From Eledone cirrhosa (lineage: Eukaryota), in contig OZ024740.1 of assembly GCA_964016885.1 (NCBI GenBank), positions 274,412,001-274,476,000 of the forward strand: a DNA stretch of 64,000 bases, read 5' to 3'. Made by a program: the position numbers and the translations under genes. Positions within the stretch are counted from its first letter, which is position 1; each line of letters opens with the position of its first letter. Below the pieces are notes generated by a model. That model searched no databases and had not been told where the DNA came from. It saw only the letters and a program-made list of their open reading frames with translations. Shown here one piece after another: positions 42,141 through 55,853 of the stretch.

Positions 42141-42268
42141 AGGATGAAAGGCAAAGAATCCCGCCGAGATCAACTTTGCCTTTCATCCTTTCGAGGTCGA
42201 TAAAATAAAGTACCAGTAATGCCTGGGATAATTGCTGGCCTTGTGCCAAAAGTAGAAACAATTATTAA
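42141..42268 (+). mobile_element. Nin/Deu SINE, truncated with a short 5' inversion
   Basis: aggatgaaaggcaaag precedes its reverse complement ctttgcctttcatcct within the SINE body. Confidence 0.8.
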
Positions 42269-43792
42269 CCCTTTCACCTGAAGACTTCCATCATACTCCT
42301 ACCTTAATATGTTATCTGCCTCGAGATCCCAACTGACAGAATAAAGAAGACATGCTGGAACAGACACTTCACTTCATGGAGCTCACACCTGCAGGCAGCC
42401 AAATCCCCTCTGATAGCAGTGAGTAGGGATGTTTCTGAAGGCCTAGAATACCAGAGGTCTCCACTGCTACAGGCTCAACCACAAACCTATCAAAGAGCAG
42501 CTAATACTCTGATTTTTATGTTTTAAGTTCTTGAGGAGACTTGATTTCCCAATTTCACATCACTTTCTCTATGGGTGATTTTGGTGTGATTCAATCTGTC
42601 ACAAGCATTAGAGCTAAATAACAGGTTTGAAGAAAACTTCTACCCTTCCTCCTACCACTTCCAGAGGCCATGGAGTAAAATAAATAGTAAAAAACAACAA
42701 ACAAACAATTGTTGAATGATGAAGCCTATATGTGATCAAATCTTCCTTGAATCTTGTCATACCATCTTAAAAGGAACACAGTCTGTAAAATAACTGTGGA
42801 TAACTATAGTTGAAATGCTTTTGATCATGGGTCTTCTCACTCAGGGCTCAGTTGAGGTTTAAAAAAAAGCATAGATAGCAAAAGTCCAATAATTAAGTGA
42901 AACAGGGAAGCACAACTGAAAACGGCGTTTTCTTGTTGTTCAGTCTCAAGTGAGTGCTGACTTTTTTCAGATTGAATCACCACATTAGCAAATGTTTCAT
43001 TTTTTTACCAAGTAAAAGTTGTTTGCTATTTCTAGCAAGTTGAGCAACCATATAGTAGCTCATGCTGTACCAAGAGAAAATGTATAGAAACCCATCCATT
43101 TCTAAGTTATATTCATTGGTACAGTTTGACCTTAGTTCTTAAAAACAAAAGAGATTATCAGCAAAATGTACCTATTAACAACAAGGTAACTTGATCCAAA
43201 GATAAGTATTTTCGTCTTGCACATATCAGAGTGCAATACCCCCGTGACTGTGTATGAAACACAGGGTTATGAAATGACCAGATGGCTATTATAAAATCAC
43301 CTTGTCCATCTGCAGCTTTCAACATGAAAAGGTTAATCTGCTAACTAATTTAAAAAGGAAGAGAAAAACAACAAGAGTAGCAACAGCTGCATATATCTAA
43401 CATGGCAAATATAATTTGATAAAGAATGATAAGATTCAGGATTAAACAGCCAATAAAATGTCATGAGATGTATTAGTTTTAAAATATTGCCTTTGGTGTT
43501 GGCATATGTTTTATTGCTGTGCACTATAGACTGAACAGTCTGATGAAGATAGAGATATCCTAAGTAGTTACTGATGTTGTGGTGCCTTCCTGGTAAGCTG
43601 ATAGAGATGTAATTGCAAGCTGGCTGGGATATATAGTGTTATATATATATATATAAATGTGTGTGTGCATGTGTGTGTGTATGTGTGTGTAACTACAGTT
43701 ACAGGTGGTTTGCTGTTCTAAGCACTCGATGCTGTTAAAAGAATCCATTTCTTGTTGGGTTGTTGGAATGTGACTTTGCAGGTATAAACTCA

Positions 43793-43890
43793 CATATCTG
43801 ATGATATGCCGAGGAAGAGTTGAGCCCCCAGTCATTATGATTGTACCCTGAGCTGATTGATATTGAAACGATTGTAATATATCAATAAAG
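43793..43890 (+). ncRNA. Hammerhead-like motif with long stem II (PLE terminal repeat)
   Basis: atat CTGATGA tat...atatt GAAAC gatt GTA atat, then AATAAA and (TA)n. Confidence 0.55.
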
Positions 43891-43964
43891 TTTATATATA
43901 TATATATATATGTTGTGACAATTATTTATTTTGATTTTACTTACTATAAATAACTGTTGCAGCA

Positions 43965-44566
43965 TATATATAAACAAGATGGAAGTTGGAAGGCTACCTA
44001 AACAGTTATTTCATGGGGAGCGGACCGGAAGAAAAAGACCACAGCATAAACCTAAGAAGCAGTTTAAGGATGTCATAAAAGACAATCTTAAATTTCTGAA
44101 GATTGATATGGAGAACTGGATGGAGCTGGCTCAAAGCCGTACATCATAGAGAAAGATCATCAAATATGAAAGTTATATCTTTGAGAAAAAGCGAGTGGAG
44201 CATGTTGTTTTGAAATGTTCACTTCTTAAGCAGGACTCGAGTGAGTGCCTGCAGGAATTTTGCAGGCACTGCACTTGAGCTTCTAAACAAGTTTTGTTAA
44301 CCATCTGAAATTACACAAGCCTGAGAGAAATACCACCACACTCTCTACGGTACATTTTCAGTGAGTGTGGCTTAATTAAGCATGGTAAAATTCAGGAAGA
44401 CACACCTTAGCCGATTTTGCCAGGAGGCAAACAGTTCAAATGTCACATCTGTGAATGTAGTGGCAAAGCAAACACACGTCTCAATCTGAAAAGTCACCTG
44501 CATGCACATGATTGTCCATTGTTCAATGAAGTAATAGCACTCTTCTGACAAGAATTACCAATCAGC
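43965..44566 (+). mobile_element. BovB-like RTE LINE 3' end with a C2H2-like relic
   Basis: RLPKQLFHGE...RKRPQHKPKKQFKDVIKDNLK...WMELAQSR; downstream CHICECS...LKSHLHAH. Confidence 0.75.
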
Positions 44567-44702
44567 ATATATATATATATATATATATATTCTCTTCTAT
44601 TGACCTTAACTCCTGGTGGACTTGGTGGGGACACTGTAGTTACATATAACATTTATTAGGCATTCTGAACCCACTCCAGGTCTGAATACAGCTGTTTTCT
44701 TG

Positions 44703-44802
<100 letters not shown>

Positions 44803-45353
44803 TGTGTGAAAAAGAAGAAGTGAGAAAGAGATATAAATGAATAATACTGGACTGGTACTTTTTCTTATTAACCTCAAAAGGTTTAAGAGAAATTCGACCA
44901 CAGTGGGTTTTGAATTCAGAATGCAGAGAACTAGAATAAATGTTGCAACGTACTCAAGCCAATGTTCTAAAAACTCTGGTAATTTGCTTCTCAGCTCTCT
45001 CTCTCTATCTATCTATCTTTAATTTACTTCATTGACAAACATGTACCTTTTCTATGACTAATACTTTAAATACATACTTTTCATGAGGCTATTTTCAAAG
45101 ATCCTTTATTTTGATATTGGATACCATCTAGGCTAAAAGAATTTGGTGTTGGTGCAAATGTCAATAATAACAATTATTTTGATTGAATATCATATTTAGA
45201 ATTCAATATGTTTTGTTTTTTCGTTTATTGTTTTTTCGTTTATAAACGAAAAAAGAAAACGTATTGAATTCTAAATATTGAATTTAAATTGTTTATCTCC
45301 AACTGCTTGTAGACAAAGTGAATTTTGCAGACAAATTGAAACTTGCAGCCAAA

Positions 45354-45520
45354 GGAGCAAGTGTGGTTGGATGGATAATTGTTTTGCTTCATAACTACGA
45401 TATCCCCAGTTTGATCTCACTGCATGGTATAATGAGCAAATGTCTTTTATCTTATCTTAGTTTGATCTAAGCCTTATGAGTGAAGTTCTGAAGACAGAAA
45501 GAGTTTCGAAGTCTGTCAGA
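45354..45520 (+). mobile_element. Old tRNA-derived CORE-type SINE (second family)
   Basis: gtgtggttgg...ttgcttc...cagtttgatctcactgcatgg...gagcaaatgtctt...gccttatgagtga; related relic at ~2845-2905. Confidence 0.5.
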
Positions 45521-45989
45521 TGGATAGAACTTTTAATTAAAAAGACCTGTCTTGTCACACATTGTAACACTGATTCTGCCAAAGAAAGAAATTAAGCATA
45601 AAATCATCTGTAGAATACTCTGCATTAGACATTAAGTTAATGAGTCAGACATTCAATTGTTTGAATAATTGGAACATTCATCTTCGAAACTGATGTATAT
45701 TCATTCAAAGCCTTACTTTACATCTAAAATACCATACTTGCAGTCTAAACTGAATCGAATTAAACTTGTTTATGCAAAAGAGTGATTATATAAGACTACT
45801 ATAGCTATCGTTTGGTCAGTGATTTCTTTAGTTGCATTTGTTTTCACTTCAACAAACTGGGTAATACTGTGTGATGTATGCCTAATCTTCTGAGCTCCTT
45901 GTTGTGACTTGAGAGATGACTAAACACTCCTGTGCATTTACCATCTACACTGCATGGCAGAAGGAATAATAATTGACAAGGAGGAGGCT

Positions 45990-46658
45990 AGCTCACTGTC
46001 TAGGATCTGAGGAGAGAGAGAGAGGAGACTGTAGCTCACACCGTATCTGAGTGTAAACACCTAGCCCGGACTCACTATAAAGGCTGGAAGCATGATATAA
46101 TAGGAAAGGTGATTCACTGGTATTTATGCAAACGAAATAATTTACCACATTCTGAGAAGTGGTATGAGCATAAGCCAGAGTCGGTGATAGAAAACGATCA
46201 AATGAAGGTACTATGGGATTTTAAGATACAGACAGACAAGAAATTAGAACATAATAGGCCTGATCTGGTGGTTTTTGACAAAGAAAAAAGATTGTGCCTG
46301 ATTGAAGATGTAACCTGCCCCTTTGACACGAGAGTGCAAGAAAAGGAGAGGGAGAAAATTAACCGACACCAGGGTTTAGAGTGGGAGTTAAAAAGGATTT
46401 GGGACTGTCATGAGATCAAGGTCGTCCCGATTGTCATAGGAGCACTAGGTACTATCTCAAGGAGTTTTCAAAGATGGGTAAAGAACCAGCAACCTTTTTT
46501 GGAACACTTCAAAAGGCATGCTTGCTGGGAACAGCAAGTACCCTCCGATATGTCCTGAATTTCTGAGGTTGTAGGTAGTGGCTTGATGTTCATTTGAAAA
46601 AACTTTCCAGTTAAATAACATCAATGACCGAGACTCCAAGAATAACAACAATAATAAT
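45990..46658 (+). mobile_element. R4/Dong-clade element C-terminus (CCHC plus restriction-like endonuclease)
   Basis: EETVAHTVSEC..LA..YK..KHD; ORF 46109-46558 WYEHKP...LWDF...HNRPDLVV...IEDVTCPFD...VVPIVIGALG; AAT/AAC tail. Confidence 0.9.
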
Positions 46659-46764
46659 TGTTTCTATTTTTGGCACAAGGCCAGCAATTACCCAGTGCAT
46701 TACTGGTACTTTATTTTATCGACCCTGTAAGGATGAAAGGCAAAGTTAATCTCAGTGAATAACA

Positions 46765-47268
46765 ATAATATGACAGGGTACACCTTGAAAAGTGGGTAAA
46801 ACTGAACCATTTGCTCTTTATGGACAATTTGAAGGTCTTCATTAAGAATGAGAATGAGATAAATGGTTTGGTTTTAACAGTACAGATATTCAATAGGATT
46901 GTCGAGAGGAAGTTATCATTAAAAAGTGTGGGGTGTTAATCATGGAGTGGTTACATCAGAAGTAGTGGAGTACCCAATGGGTAAAGGATCAAGAACATTA
47001 AAGAAGCAAGATATAGATATCTGGCTGTACGAAAATATGATCAAATTAAGGAAAAAGATATAAGGGAGGTATTTCCAATGGAATACAAAAGAAGGGTAAC
47101 GTGTGTACTTAAGTTGAAACTCAAGGACAGGTTTATGATAACAGCAATTAATTCATGGGCAGTAGTAGTGTAGAAATGTAATGCGGGAATTGTGACAGAT
47201 GAATCAAAATTCGTTGATAGAAAGATGAGGGAATTTATGACCATGTATGGAGCACTCCACCCTAAAAG
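46765..47268 (+). mobile_element. R4/Dong-clade RT fragment, decayed
   Basis: KLNHLLFMDNLKVF..., YRYL, AINSWAV, DRKMREFMTMYGALHPK. Confidence 0.8.
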
Positions 47269-47327
47269 AGTTCACCTTGAAAAGGCTTGCCAAACACAAG
47301 TTGAAACCGCTAGACATTGTGGTCTGA

Positions 47328-47388
<61 letters not shown>

Positions 47389-47396
47389 CTTCATTT

Positions 47397-47459
<63 letters not shown>

Positions 47460-47555
47460 CAGATTTGTATGTAAAAGGTAAACAGAAATAACAACACAAT
47501 TGGTACAGAATATGGAAGGAATATATTAGGTTAACGCTTGAAATAGCAGGAAGAG

Positions 47556-47595
47556 GGTCTTGACGTTTCGGATGGTAGTCCTTCATCAGAAAAAA
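47556..47595 (-). ncRNA. Minimal type I hammerhead ribozyme (PLE terminal repeat)
   Basis: Minus: ttt CTGATGA a gga-ctacca-tcc GAAAC GTC aag; canonical core with palindromic ACGT stem III. Confidence 0.7.
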
Positions 47596-47684
47596 AAATG
47601 AGAAATTAAAAAGATTGAAAAGATGAGCAAGGTAGAATTGGAAAAAAATGTTTTTAGAGAAAAATAATAGGTCCATTCATATAT

Positions 47685-47739
<55 letters not shown>

Positions 47740-48029
47740 GATAAATATATATATATACATAGATAGATATATTCATATTTACACACATGCTTGTGTAGGT
47801 ATATATACACATATGTGAAGAGGTATTTCAGTTATGGCTACATCTATCATTTGATTTGTGTGGTAAGATTTTATTAAAAATGTTTATGTAACTTTGAATA
47901 TTGTAGTGATTAATTAGTTATTAATTAAAGAGGCCACACTGGGTTGTATAATGACAATTTTATTTTCAGCTTTGTTATAAAGAGAGAGAGAGAGAGAGAG
48001 AGATAAAAACCAGCCCACAATGCCTAGCG

Positions 48030-48100
48030 CAGGGGCGTGTAACAGGCAGCCTGCGGGCCACAAACTGGCCCGCCAGACCAGTCAGAGTGGCCTGCAATGA
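48030..48100 (+). mobile_element. hAT (Charlie-like) terminal fragment
   Basis: caggggcgtgtaacaggcagcctgcgggccacaaactggcccgc resembles the hAT CAGGGG...GCGGGCC terminus. Confidence 0.5.
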
Positions 48101-48892
48101 CCATTTTTAATTTTTATCTTGTAGGATTATTTAGAATTTTCTGTTAGTTGATTCAATATTTAGTTTCATATACTTAAAAGTACAAATAACTCCTTTGGGT
48201 TTATACATCTTCTATTGCCAGGAAGAAAAGATTTGTAGTCATTACCATTTATAGAGAGCAAGTAGTAACCACTTATTTTCATAGAGACAAATATGTATTC
48301 TTTGTTTGGACATAGTTGTGGTGGAAGGAATTTGCATTGAATTGTAAAAAAAAGCATTTGATATACTAAATTGTATATGTTACTTCATTTAGCATATTTG
48401 TTATTTTAGGTGGTTATATTAACATATTTTAACAATGTTTAGTTAATGTAAAAATTATATTTGTAGTTAATCATTATTTGAGGACAACTGGAAGCTTTAT
48501 ATGAACTGAGCCCACAGGATTGGACAGAGATTGTTTAAAGATATGAGATTTATGTTGTATTTATTTAAGGCTACTATCTCTTTTGTTTCAAGGAGACACC
48601 ATTTTTCATGTGTTCTGTGAGGTTAGTTTTATTATTCTCTGATGAAATCTTGGTAATTTCAACTGCCAGAGGAAGAAACTATCACTTTTTCATCTTAATC
48701 TGGGTTTCTATATTTGAGTTAGTGACGGGGTGCAGAAGATACAAAGACTACATAAATTACTGAGCATATCTGCATATCTCACAGGAATACACAAACAGAG
48801 TTATATATATATATATATATACATACATACATATATGTACATACATATATATATATACATACATATATATATATATACATACATATATATAT

Positions 48893-48944
<52 letters not shown>

Positions 48945-48948
<4 letters not shown>

Positions 48949-50535
48949 CCCCGTTCCATTATCTGGTGGGCTCTTAGAAAACTAGGTGTTGACGAATGGC
49001 TTGTGAGAGCTATACAAGCCATGTATAAAGAAACAGTCAGCAAGGTTAGAATTAACAACGAATATAGTGAAGAGTTTAGTGTAAAAGTTGGTGTTCGTCA
49101 GGGCTCTGTTCTTAGCCCCCTACTATTTATTATTGCCCTTCAGGCTATAACAGTGGAGTTCAAGACCGGCTGCCCATGGGAACTCCTATACGCAGATGAT
49201 CTAACGCTCATAGCTGAATCAATGGCCGAGCTAGAGAAGAAATTCCAAACATGGAAGCAAGGCCTAGAATCAAAAGGCCTTAAAATTAACCTGGCTAAGA
49301 CTAAAGTTCTAGTTTGTAGGAAAGAAAATAAGGCGCCGGTCCCTTCCGGGAAATGGCCGTGCTCAGTGTGTAGGAAAGGCGTAGGTAGAAACTCCATTTT
49401 ATGTCCCAAATGCAAAGTATGGGTGCATAAAAGATGTAGTGGGATCACAGGTAAGCTAACTAAGAACATAGATTTTACATGTGGCCGGTGCTCTGGTGCA
49501 ATAAGTAGCAGCAAGTGCCCACAAAATACTAGCTTTTTCAATTGCGCAGAGGGTTCTATAGAAATAGTGGACAGCTTCCGTTACCTGGGTGACAAAATCA
49601 GCAGTGGGGGAGGGTGCTCTGAAAGTACAGTAGGTAGAGTCAGAACTGGATGGAAAAAGTTCAGAGAGCTTATACCACTATTAGCCGCTAAAGGGTTCTC
49701 CCTAAAAATGAAAGGCAGGTTGTATGATGCCTGCATACGAACAGCAATGTTGCATGGCAGTGAGACCTGGGCATTGTGTGCAGAGGATATACGCAGACTA
49801 GAGAGGAACGAAGCTTGCATGCTCCGCTGGATGTGTAATAGTAATATACGTGAACGGCAAAGCATAAACGAACTAAGGAAAAAATTATAAATAAGAGGGA
49901 TCAGATGTTGTTTACTCGAGAGAAGGCTACGTTGGTATGGTCACATGATGCGCATGAAAGACGACAGCTGTATAACAAAGTGCAGGGCAATAAAGATAGA
50001 CGGTAGCTACGGAGTAGGCAGACCCAGAAAAACCTGGGACAAGCTGATAAATTCCGACCTCACACACTTACACCTCTCCAAGACAATGTCACTGGACCGA
50101 GACCTTTGGCGGTACTCAGTAATAGAGAAGACCCGCCTTACCTAAATACAAAGTAAAACCTACTACAGTCAGTAGGCATCTCTAACAAAATACACCCCCG
50201 TCCCACCACCCCCACCCCATCCACACTGCCCCTTTCAATGTAAAGTTATGTTGGTGCCACAACATCCAGGCCGAAACAAATGAGATCGTGTAGGTGTCAC
50301 AACAAAAAAACACACCGTCCACGCTGTAATGTGGCCATGTAGGCAACACGGTAAAAACCTCCCAGCCCCACACTGTAGATGTGGTTGGTGTTAGGAAGGG
50401 CATCCAGCTGTAGAAAACCCGCCAGACAGTCCTATGTGAGCAAGACAATCACTCTTGCCTCAAGTGGGAAAACTCCCATCCAAACCCATGCAAGCTTGGA
50501 ACACGGACGTTAAATGATGATGATGATGGTGATGA

Positions 50536-50538
<3 letters not shown>
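48945..50538 (+). mobile_element. RTE LINE subfamily C, 5'-truncated (RT-PHD-C-terminus)
   Basis: [10 protein letters not shown]...LLYADD...PHD...FRYLG; one stop at 49890; 3' UTR and (GAT)n; inside (TA)n. Confidence 0.96.
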
Positions 50539-50570
<32 letters not shown>

Positions 50571-50647
50571 ATATACATACATACATATATATATATACAA
50601 TGATATATATATACATACATACATACATACATACATACATACATACA

Positions 50648-51396
50648 TCACACCTTGAGGGATATCTCTATGCAATACAGGAACAAGAACTCCCTACCAA
50701 GTATCTGCTGCACAAAAGAGGAGGGTCATCAGCTGACAATAAATGCAGGCTATGTAAAACAAAGATCGAGGATGTAAGCCACATTATTGCCAGCTGCGAA
50801 ATAATGTCATCTCGCTACTACCTCCCCATGAAGCACGATGGGATAGCTAGAACCATCTGGAATGCACTTCGGAAAACAAAATTAAAAACAAACAAGGAAG
50901 AATATATTGAGACAGATGGCACTAAGGAATACTGGTGGAACCTGAAAAGAAAAACTGCCACCAAATTAAAGCACAACCGGCCTGATATTGTTGTTTGGGA
51001 CTACACATTGAAAACGTGTTCTGTTGTGGAGATCAGCTGCCCATTTGATGTAAACGTTGTTAGAAAAATACAAGAGAAGGAGGACATCTATGGATCATTG
51101 ATGAGGAGTTTACAAATCCAGTATCCAAGATACACCTTTAGCTTCATACCCATCATTATTGGAGCTACAGGTTATATATCAACCCGCTTGGACCAGTGTA
51201 TAACTGAACTTGGATTTGCGGACAAAGAGCGCAGCTCCATAATTCATAGACTACAAATGGCTGCGATAGCTGGCACCTTCAAAATTTGCAAAACATTCTT
51301 GCGATTCAAGGGAAGACAATTTCTTTTCTTTTACAACCTTGCCACGAGGAAGGTGGCTGGTCAAAAATATACTCGAAATTAAGAGAAAGAGATAAC
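50648..51396 (+). mobile_element. R4/Dong-like RLE element 3' part inside (CATA)n
   Basis: AIQEQEL.TK, CRLC....EDVSHIIASC (CCHC), KHD, HNRPDIVVWD, VEISCPFD, IPIIIGATG. Confidence 0.92.
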
Positions 51397-51417
51397 ATAC
51401 ATACATACATACATACA

Positions 51418-51453
<36 letters not shown>

Positions 51454-51901
51454 TATACATATGTATGTATGTAGGGGTGTAAATATATATATACATTTAT
51501 ATTAGATATCTTAAAAAAACTATTTTGGATTTAAAACAAAATAAAACAGCTGATGATTATTAAAAGATAGATGTAGGCTACTGTTTTATGCCACTAGATA
51601 CAATTACCAATTTATATGTTTACCACCAATTATGAGACAGATAACTAAACATGGATTTCACATGTTTTTGGTTTTTTTCTTTTCTGAAATTTACTTCAAA
51701 TTAACTCTGAAAGAAAGAGAGAAGGAAGCAAGGAGCTAGATATGAGGTTAATGGAAACACTATATTCCAGGTAGACAAGAGATGGGTGGAACATTTCCTG
51801 TTGATGTGTTCACTATTATTGTTAAGTCTCAAATTATTGTTTATAAGTATATAATGTTTCATATCTTTTATATTAAAATTCCTAATACAGACCAATTAGA
51901 G

Positions 51902-51942
<41 letters not shown>

Positions 51943-51948
51943 TATATA

Positions 51949-52347
51949 CGGGATAACAGATTATTGTTATAGGTAGTCCACTTAGGTTAGGGTACTCCGA
52001 GTAGTGGATGGTATCAACGCTTGGCTAAGTTTGACTCAACAAGGCGTTTCCATAGTGATGTTGCGAGTACGCGGTGATTTCTATGTTGTTTACACTTGGA
52101 GTAATGATAAATCAAGAAAGAAGAGTGACACAGTTGCTATACAAAAAAGGTTTTTAATCACATTGCTGACAATTGTTTCTCTGAACTGATGAATTGACTG
52201 GTTACAACTATGTATTGGTGATCAATTGACACGAAAACAGGCGGGTAGCGATCTCTAGACCTACCAGTTCAGAGAAACAATTGTCAGCAATGTGATTAAA
52301 AACCTTTTTTGTATAGCAAACCGTGTCACTCTTCTTTCTTGATTTAT
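51949..52347 (-). mobile_element. Hairpin-plus-tail element (family 3)
   Basis: Arms 52107-52188 and 52265-52347 (~82 bp) contain the hammerhead 3' half GAAAC-AATT-GTC; (TA)n on both sides. Confidence 0.8.
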
Positions 52348-53169
52348 ATATATATATATCTAGGGAGTGTAACTGAGACCAGCAGCCAGTGGTCAAAGGA
52401 AAGACAATCCACAAGGTGGGTAACATGCAGATGAAATATAGAAAAGATTGAAAGAGGAGGAGGAAAAGCAGAAGTGTGAGGTGCATAGAAGTGACTGGAA
52501 GAGGGAAATAACGAAAGGCAATAAACAAGACAAGTTTACATACTCACACATGTTCACCCTCATCAGCTCTCAAACCAGCAAAAAGGTTTTGCACTAATTT
52601 AATTGAGAGTACTATATTAAAATGCTGGATCATGCAACAGAAAAATAAATCTTTTTGCTGGTATGGTGTGTATGTGATAAAACAAACTGCACAATTAGAA
52701 GGACGAAAGAAAACAAAGAAAAGGAAATAATGAGATAGTGGGCCTCAAGCTGTGTGGTGTCTGTTCTAAATAGAAAGCTAATCATAGCTATGATAAAGTT
52801 AAAACAATGTTGTCTGATCGAGATGAAGAAAAAGTGTATTTCATTACATATAAAAAGGAGAAAACTTTGTGCATTTGGGTAAATTTATCTTGTACATCGC
52901 AAATGTTTAATCTAAATCAGTTTTCATCCCATAATGCAAGATAATGCAAAGACAAGGGAAGAATTGCACCGAGATATGCTAGCAACATTTTAATCAAAGT
53001 CATATATATATGTGTATGAGTGTGTGTGCATGTATAAACAAAACAGTTGACTTAAGAAGCATTGGGAAATTTGAAATGTGTGCATCTCAAAGCAAATTAC
53101 CATAATAATAGTTGAGAAAATAATAGTTGAGAAAATCAGTATTCTAAGACAAGTAAAACTTTGGACAGT

Positions 53170-54900
53170 GGCAATTTTGTCTGATTATTGAAAAAAAAAA
53201 AAACTAGGGAGCATGAAGACAAATTATTTATTGATTTTATTCATAACAAATGATGGTCAATGATGGCAGAAATGGGATTTCTTCATCATTTTATAAATTT
53301 ATTGGAGAGTATGAGAAGGATGCATCCTTTCTCAATATTTGTTTAACATCTATAGAGAAAGTTCTAGAATGTTTTCAAACTGAAGCAAGAATGGTCACCA
53401 ATCTCAGATATGCTGATTATACTGTCTTTATAACTGGTATCTTGAAGAAATTCAGAATTTTGATAAAGAATGTAAAAGAAAATGTGATGAATATGGTTTC
53501 TTTATAAATTTTAGCAAAAAGTAAATGATTATCACAGGAACATATGATCAAGATAATTCTATAACAATTTATATTCAAACTGTCAAAGTGGTGTTTGAGT
53601 TTTGCTATCTTAGAAGTATTATTTCAAATCAATGTGATGACAGTAAAGAGATGAACAGAATTGTAACTGCAAATTTTACTGCTATCTCTTTAAACTGCAC
53701 TTGGAAAGATTCATGAATAAGTAAAACTACAAAATGGAAATTGCTACAAACTTTGATAATTCTACTAAGCAATGTATGGAATCATATTTCCACTTGAAAT
53801 GTATGAAATTATATTTCCATTGGCATTGTATTAAAGGATATTTCCACTAGCAATGTATAAAATGATATTTACACTAACAATGTATGAAATAATATTTCCA
53901 TTAGCAATGTATAAAATAATATTTCCACTAGCAATGTATAAAATGATATTTTCACTAGCAAAATATGAAGTGATATTTCCACTAGCAATGTATGAAATCA
54001 TATTTCCACAATGTATGAAATTATGTTTCCACTAGCAGTGTATAAAATGATATTTCCACTAGCAATGTATTAAAGTATATTTCCACTAGCGATGTATAAA
54101 ATGATATTTTCACAAACAATGTTTGAAATTTCCACTAGCAACATATAAAATGATATTTTCCACTAGCAATGTATAAAATGATATTTCAACTAGCAAGGTA
54201 TGAAATGATATTTCTACAAGCAGTGTATGAAATGATATTTCCACGAGCAACATATGAAATTATATTTCCACTAGCAATGTATGAAATGATATTTCCACTA
54301 GCAATGTATGAAATTATATTTCTACTAGCAATGTATAGAATGATATTTCCACTAGCAATGTATGAAATTATATAACCACTAGCAATGTATGACATGATAT
54401 TTCCACTAGCAAAGTATGAAATGATATTTCCACTAGCAATGTATGGAATGATATTTCCACAATGTATGAAATGATATTTCCACAATGTATGAAATGATAT
54501 TTCCACTAACAATGTATGAAATAATTTTTTCACTAGCATTGTATGGATCTAAATGCTAGACTCTTAAAAGGCTGATGATTTAATTAAAGACAGGTCTCCA
54601 AGGTTAGTTTTTATAGAAGAAAGCTAAGAAATGGGGAAATGAAAATAGGAATGCTGTGAAGGGATTGGAGAAAAAAGAAGATATTTGGGGTGTTTCAGAG
54701 AGGCAGATTATCAATAAAAGTTACTGCTTGCAGGTAAAACCATTGAAACATGGCCATGATGAAGAACTTGAAAAAGTGGAATGATAACATCATCGAAGTA
54801 ATAATATTGAAGGTACAGCAATTAATAAGAGTAGAGGAAGATAGAGATTATTAAAGAAAAATTGTCAGACACAACAGTTAAACTGCAATAGTTGTGAGTT
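53170..54900 (+). mobile_element. Ancient RTE-like LINE interrupted by a minisatellite
   Basis: TNLRYADYT, VFEFCYLRSII, TKWKLLQTLI..., resuming as LYGSKC*TL after the array. Outer boundaries uncertain. Confidence 0.7.
53770..54546 (+). repeat. 27-bp minisatellite (~28 units)
   Basis: Unit ATATTTCCACTAGCAATGTATGAAATG; some units carry a 4-bp deletion. Confidence 0.95.
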
Positions 54901-55154
54901 ACAGGTGATGTCAATCAAATTATTATCTTGCTCTTTAAGACAAAATCAACACATTCAACTCAATAGTCTGTAGAGTTTAATGAAAGTACAATATACATTT
55001 AATTGCTACAAACGTACAATTTGTTTTAATTCTTGAATAAGCTTTTCATAGTAAAAATTTATATATATATATATATACATATATATATCATCATCATCAT
55101 CATCATCATCACCGTTTTACGTCCGTTCTTCCACGCTAGCATGGGTTTATATAC

Positions 55155-55268
<114 letters not shown>

Positions 55269-55365
55269 GTGTGTATATATATGTATATATATATATATAT
55301 ACATATACATACATATATGTATATATACATATATACATATATATATATACATATACATATATATA

Positions 55366-55415
<50 letters not shown>

Positions 55416-55437
55416 TATATAAATATATATATATATA

Positions 55438-55853
55438 CAGGAAAAAGTATGACCCCGACAGCAGAGCTCAAGCCGTCTCAACGGCTATTTCTGGAGTAAA
55501 TTAGAATTTTTAGCCTGGAGAATAAATAGCCATTTTTTCCTATTTCCCACTCTACTACCCTAAGTATTGAGTACTCTGGTGCGTTATGGTCCATCTGGTT
55601 CCTTACCACAATTCCTTTGTTATATATATATATATATATATATATAACAAAGGAAATGTGGTAAGGAACCAAGTGGACCATAACGCACCAAAGTACTCAA
55701 TACTTAGGGTAGTAGAGTGGGAAATAGGAATGAGTAAGACCCCGACGCCTGAGCTCAAGCCGTTTCGACGGCTAATTCTGGACTCTAATTTGAGTCCAGA
55801 ATTAGCCGTTGAAACGGCTTAAGCTCAGCCGTCGGGGTCCTACTCGTTCCTAT
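55438..55853. mobile_element. Two family-2 hairpin-plus-tail elements, tail-to-tail across (TA)n
   Basis: Plus copy 55438-55622 (right arm mostly lost); minus copy 55645-55853 with arms 55724-55785 and 55792-55853. Confidence 0.88.

Noticed and set aside
53770-54546. Regular array resembling CRISPR or a repeat protein
   Set aside because: Head-to-tail units without unique spacers, in eukaryotic context and derived from a LINE.
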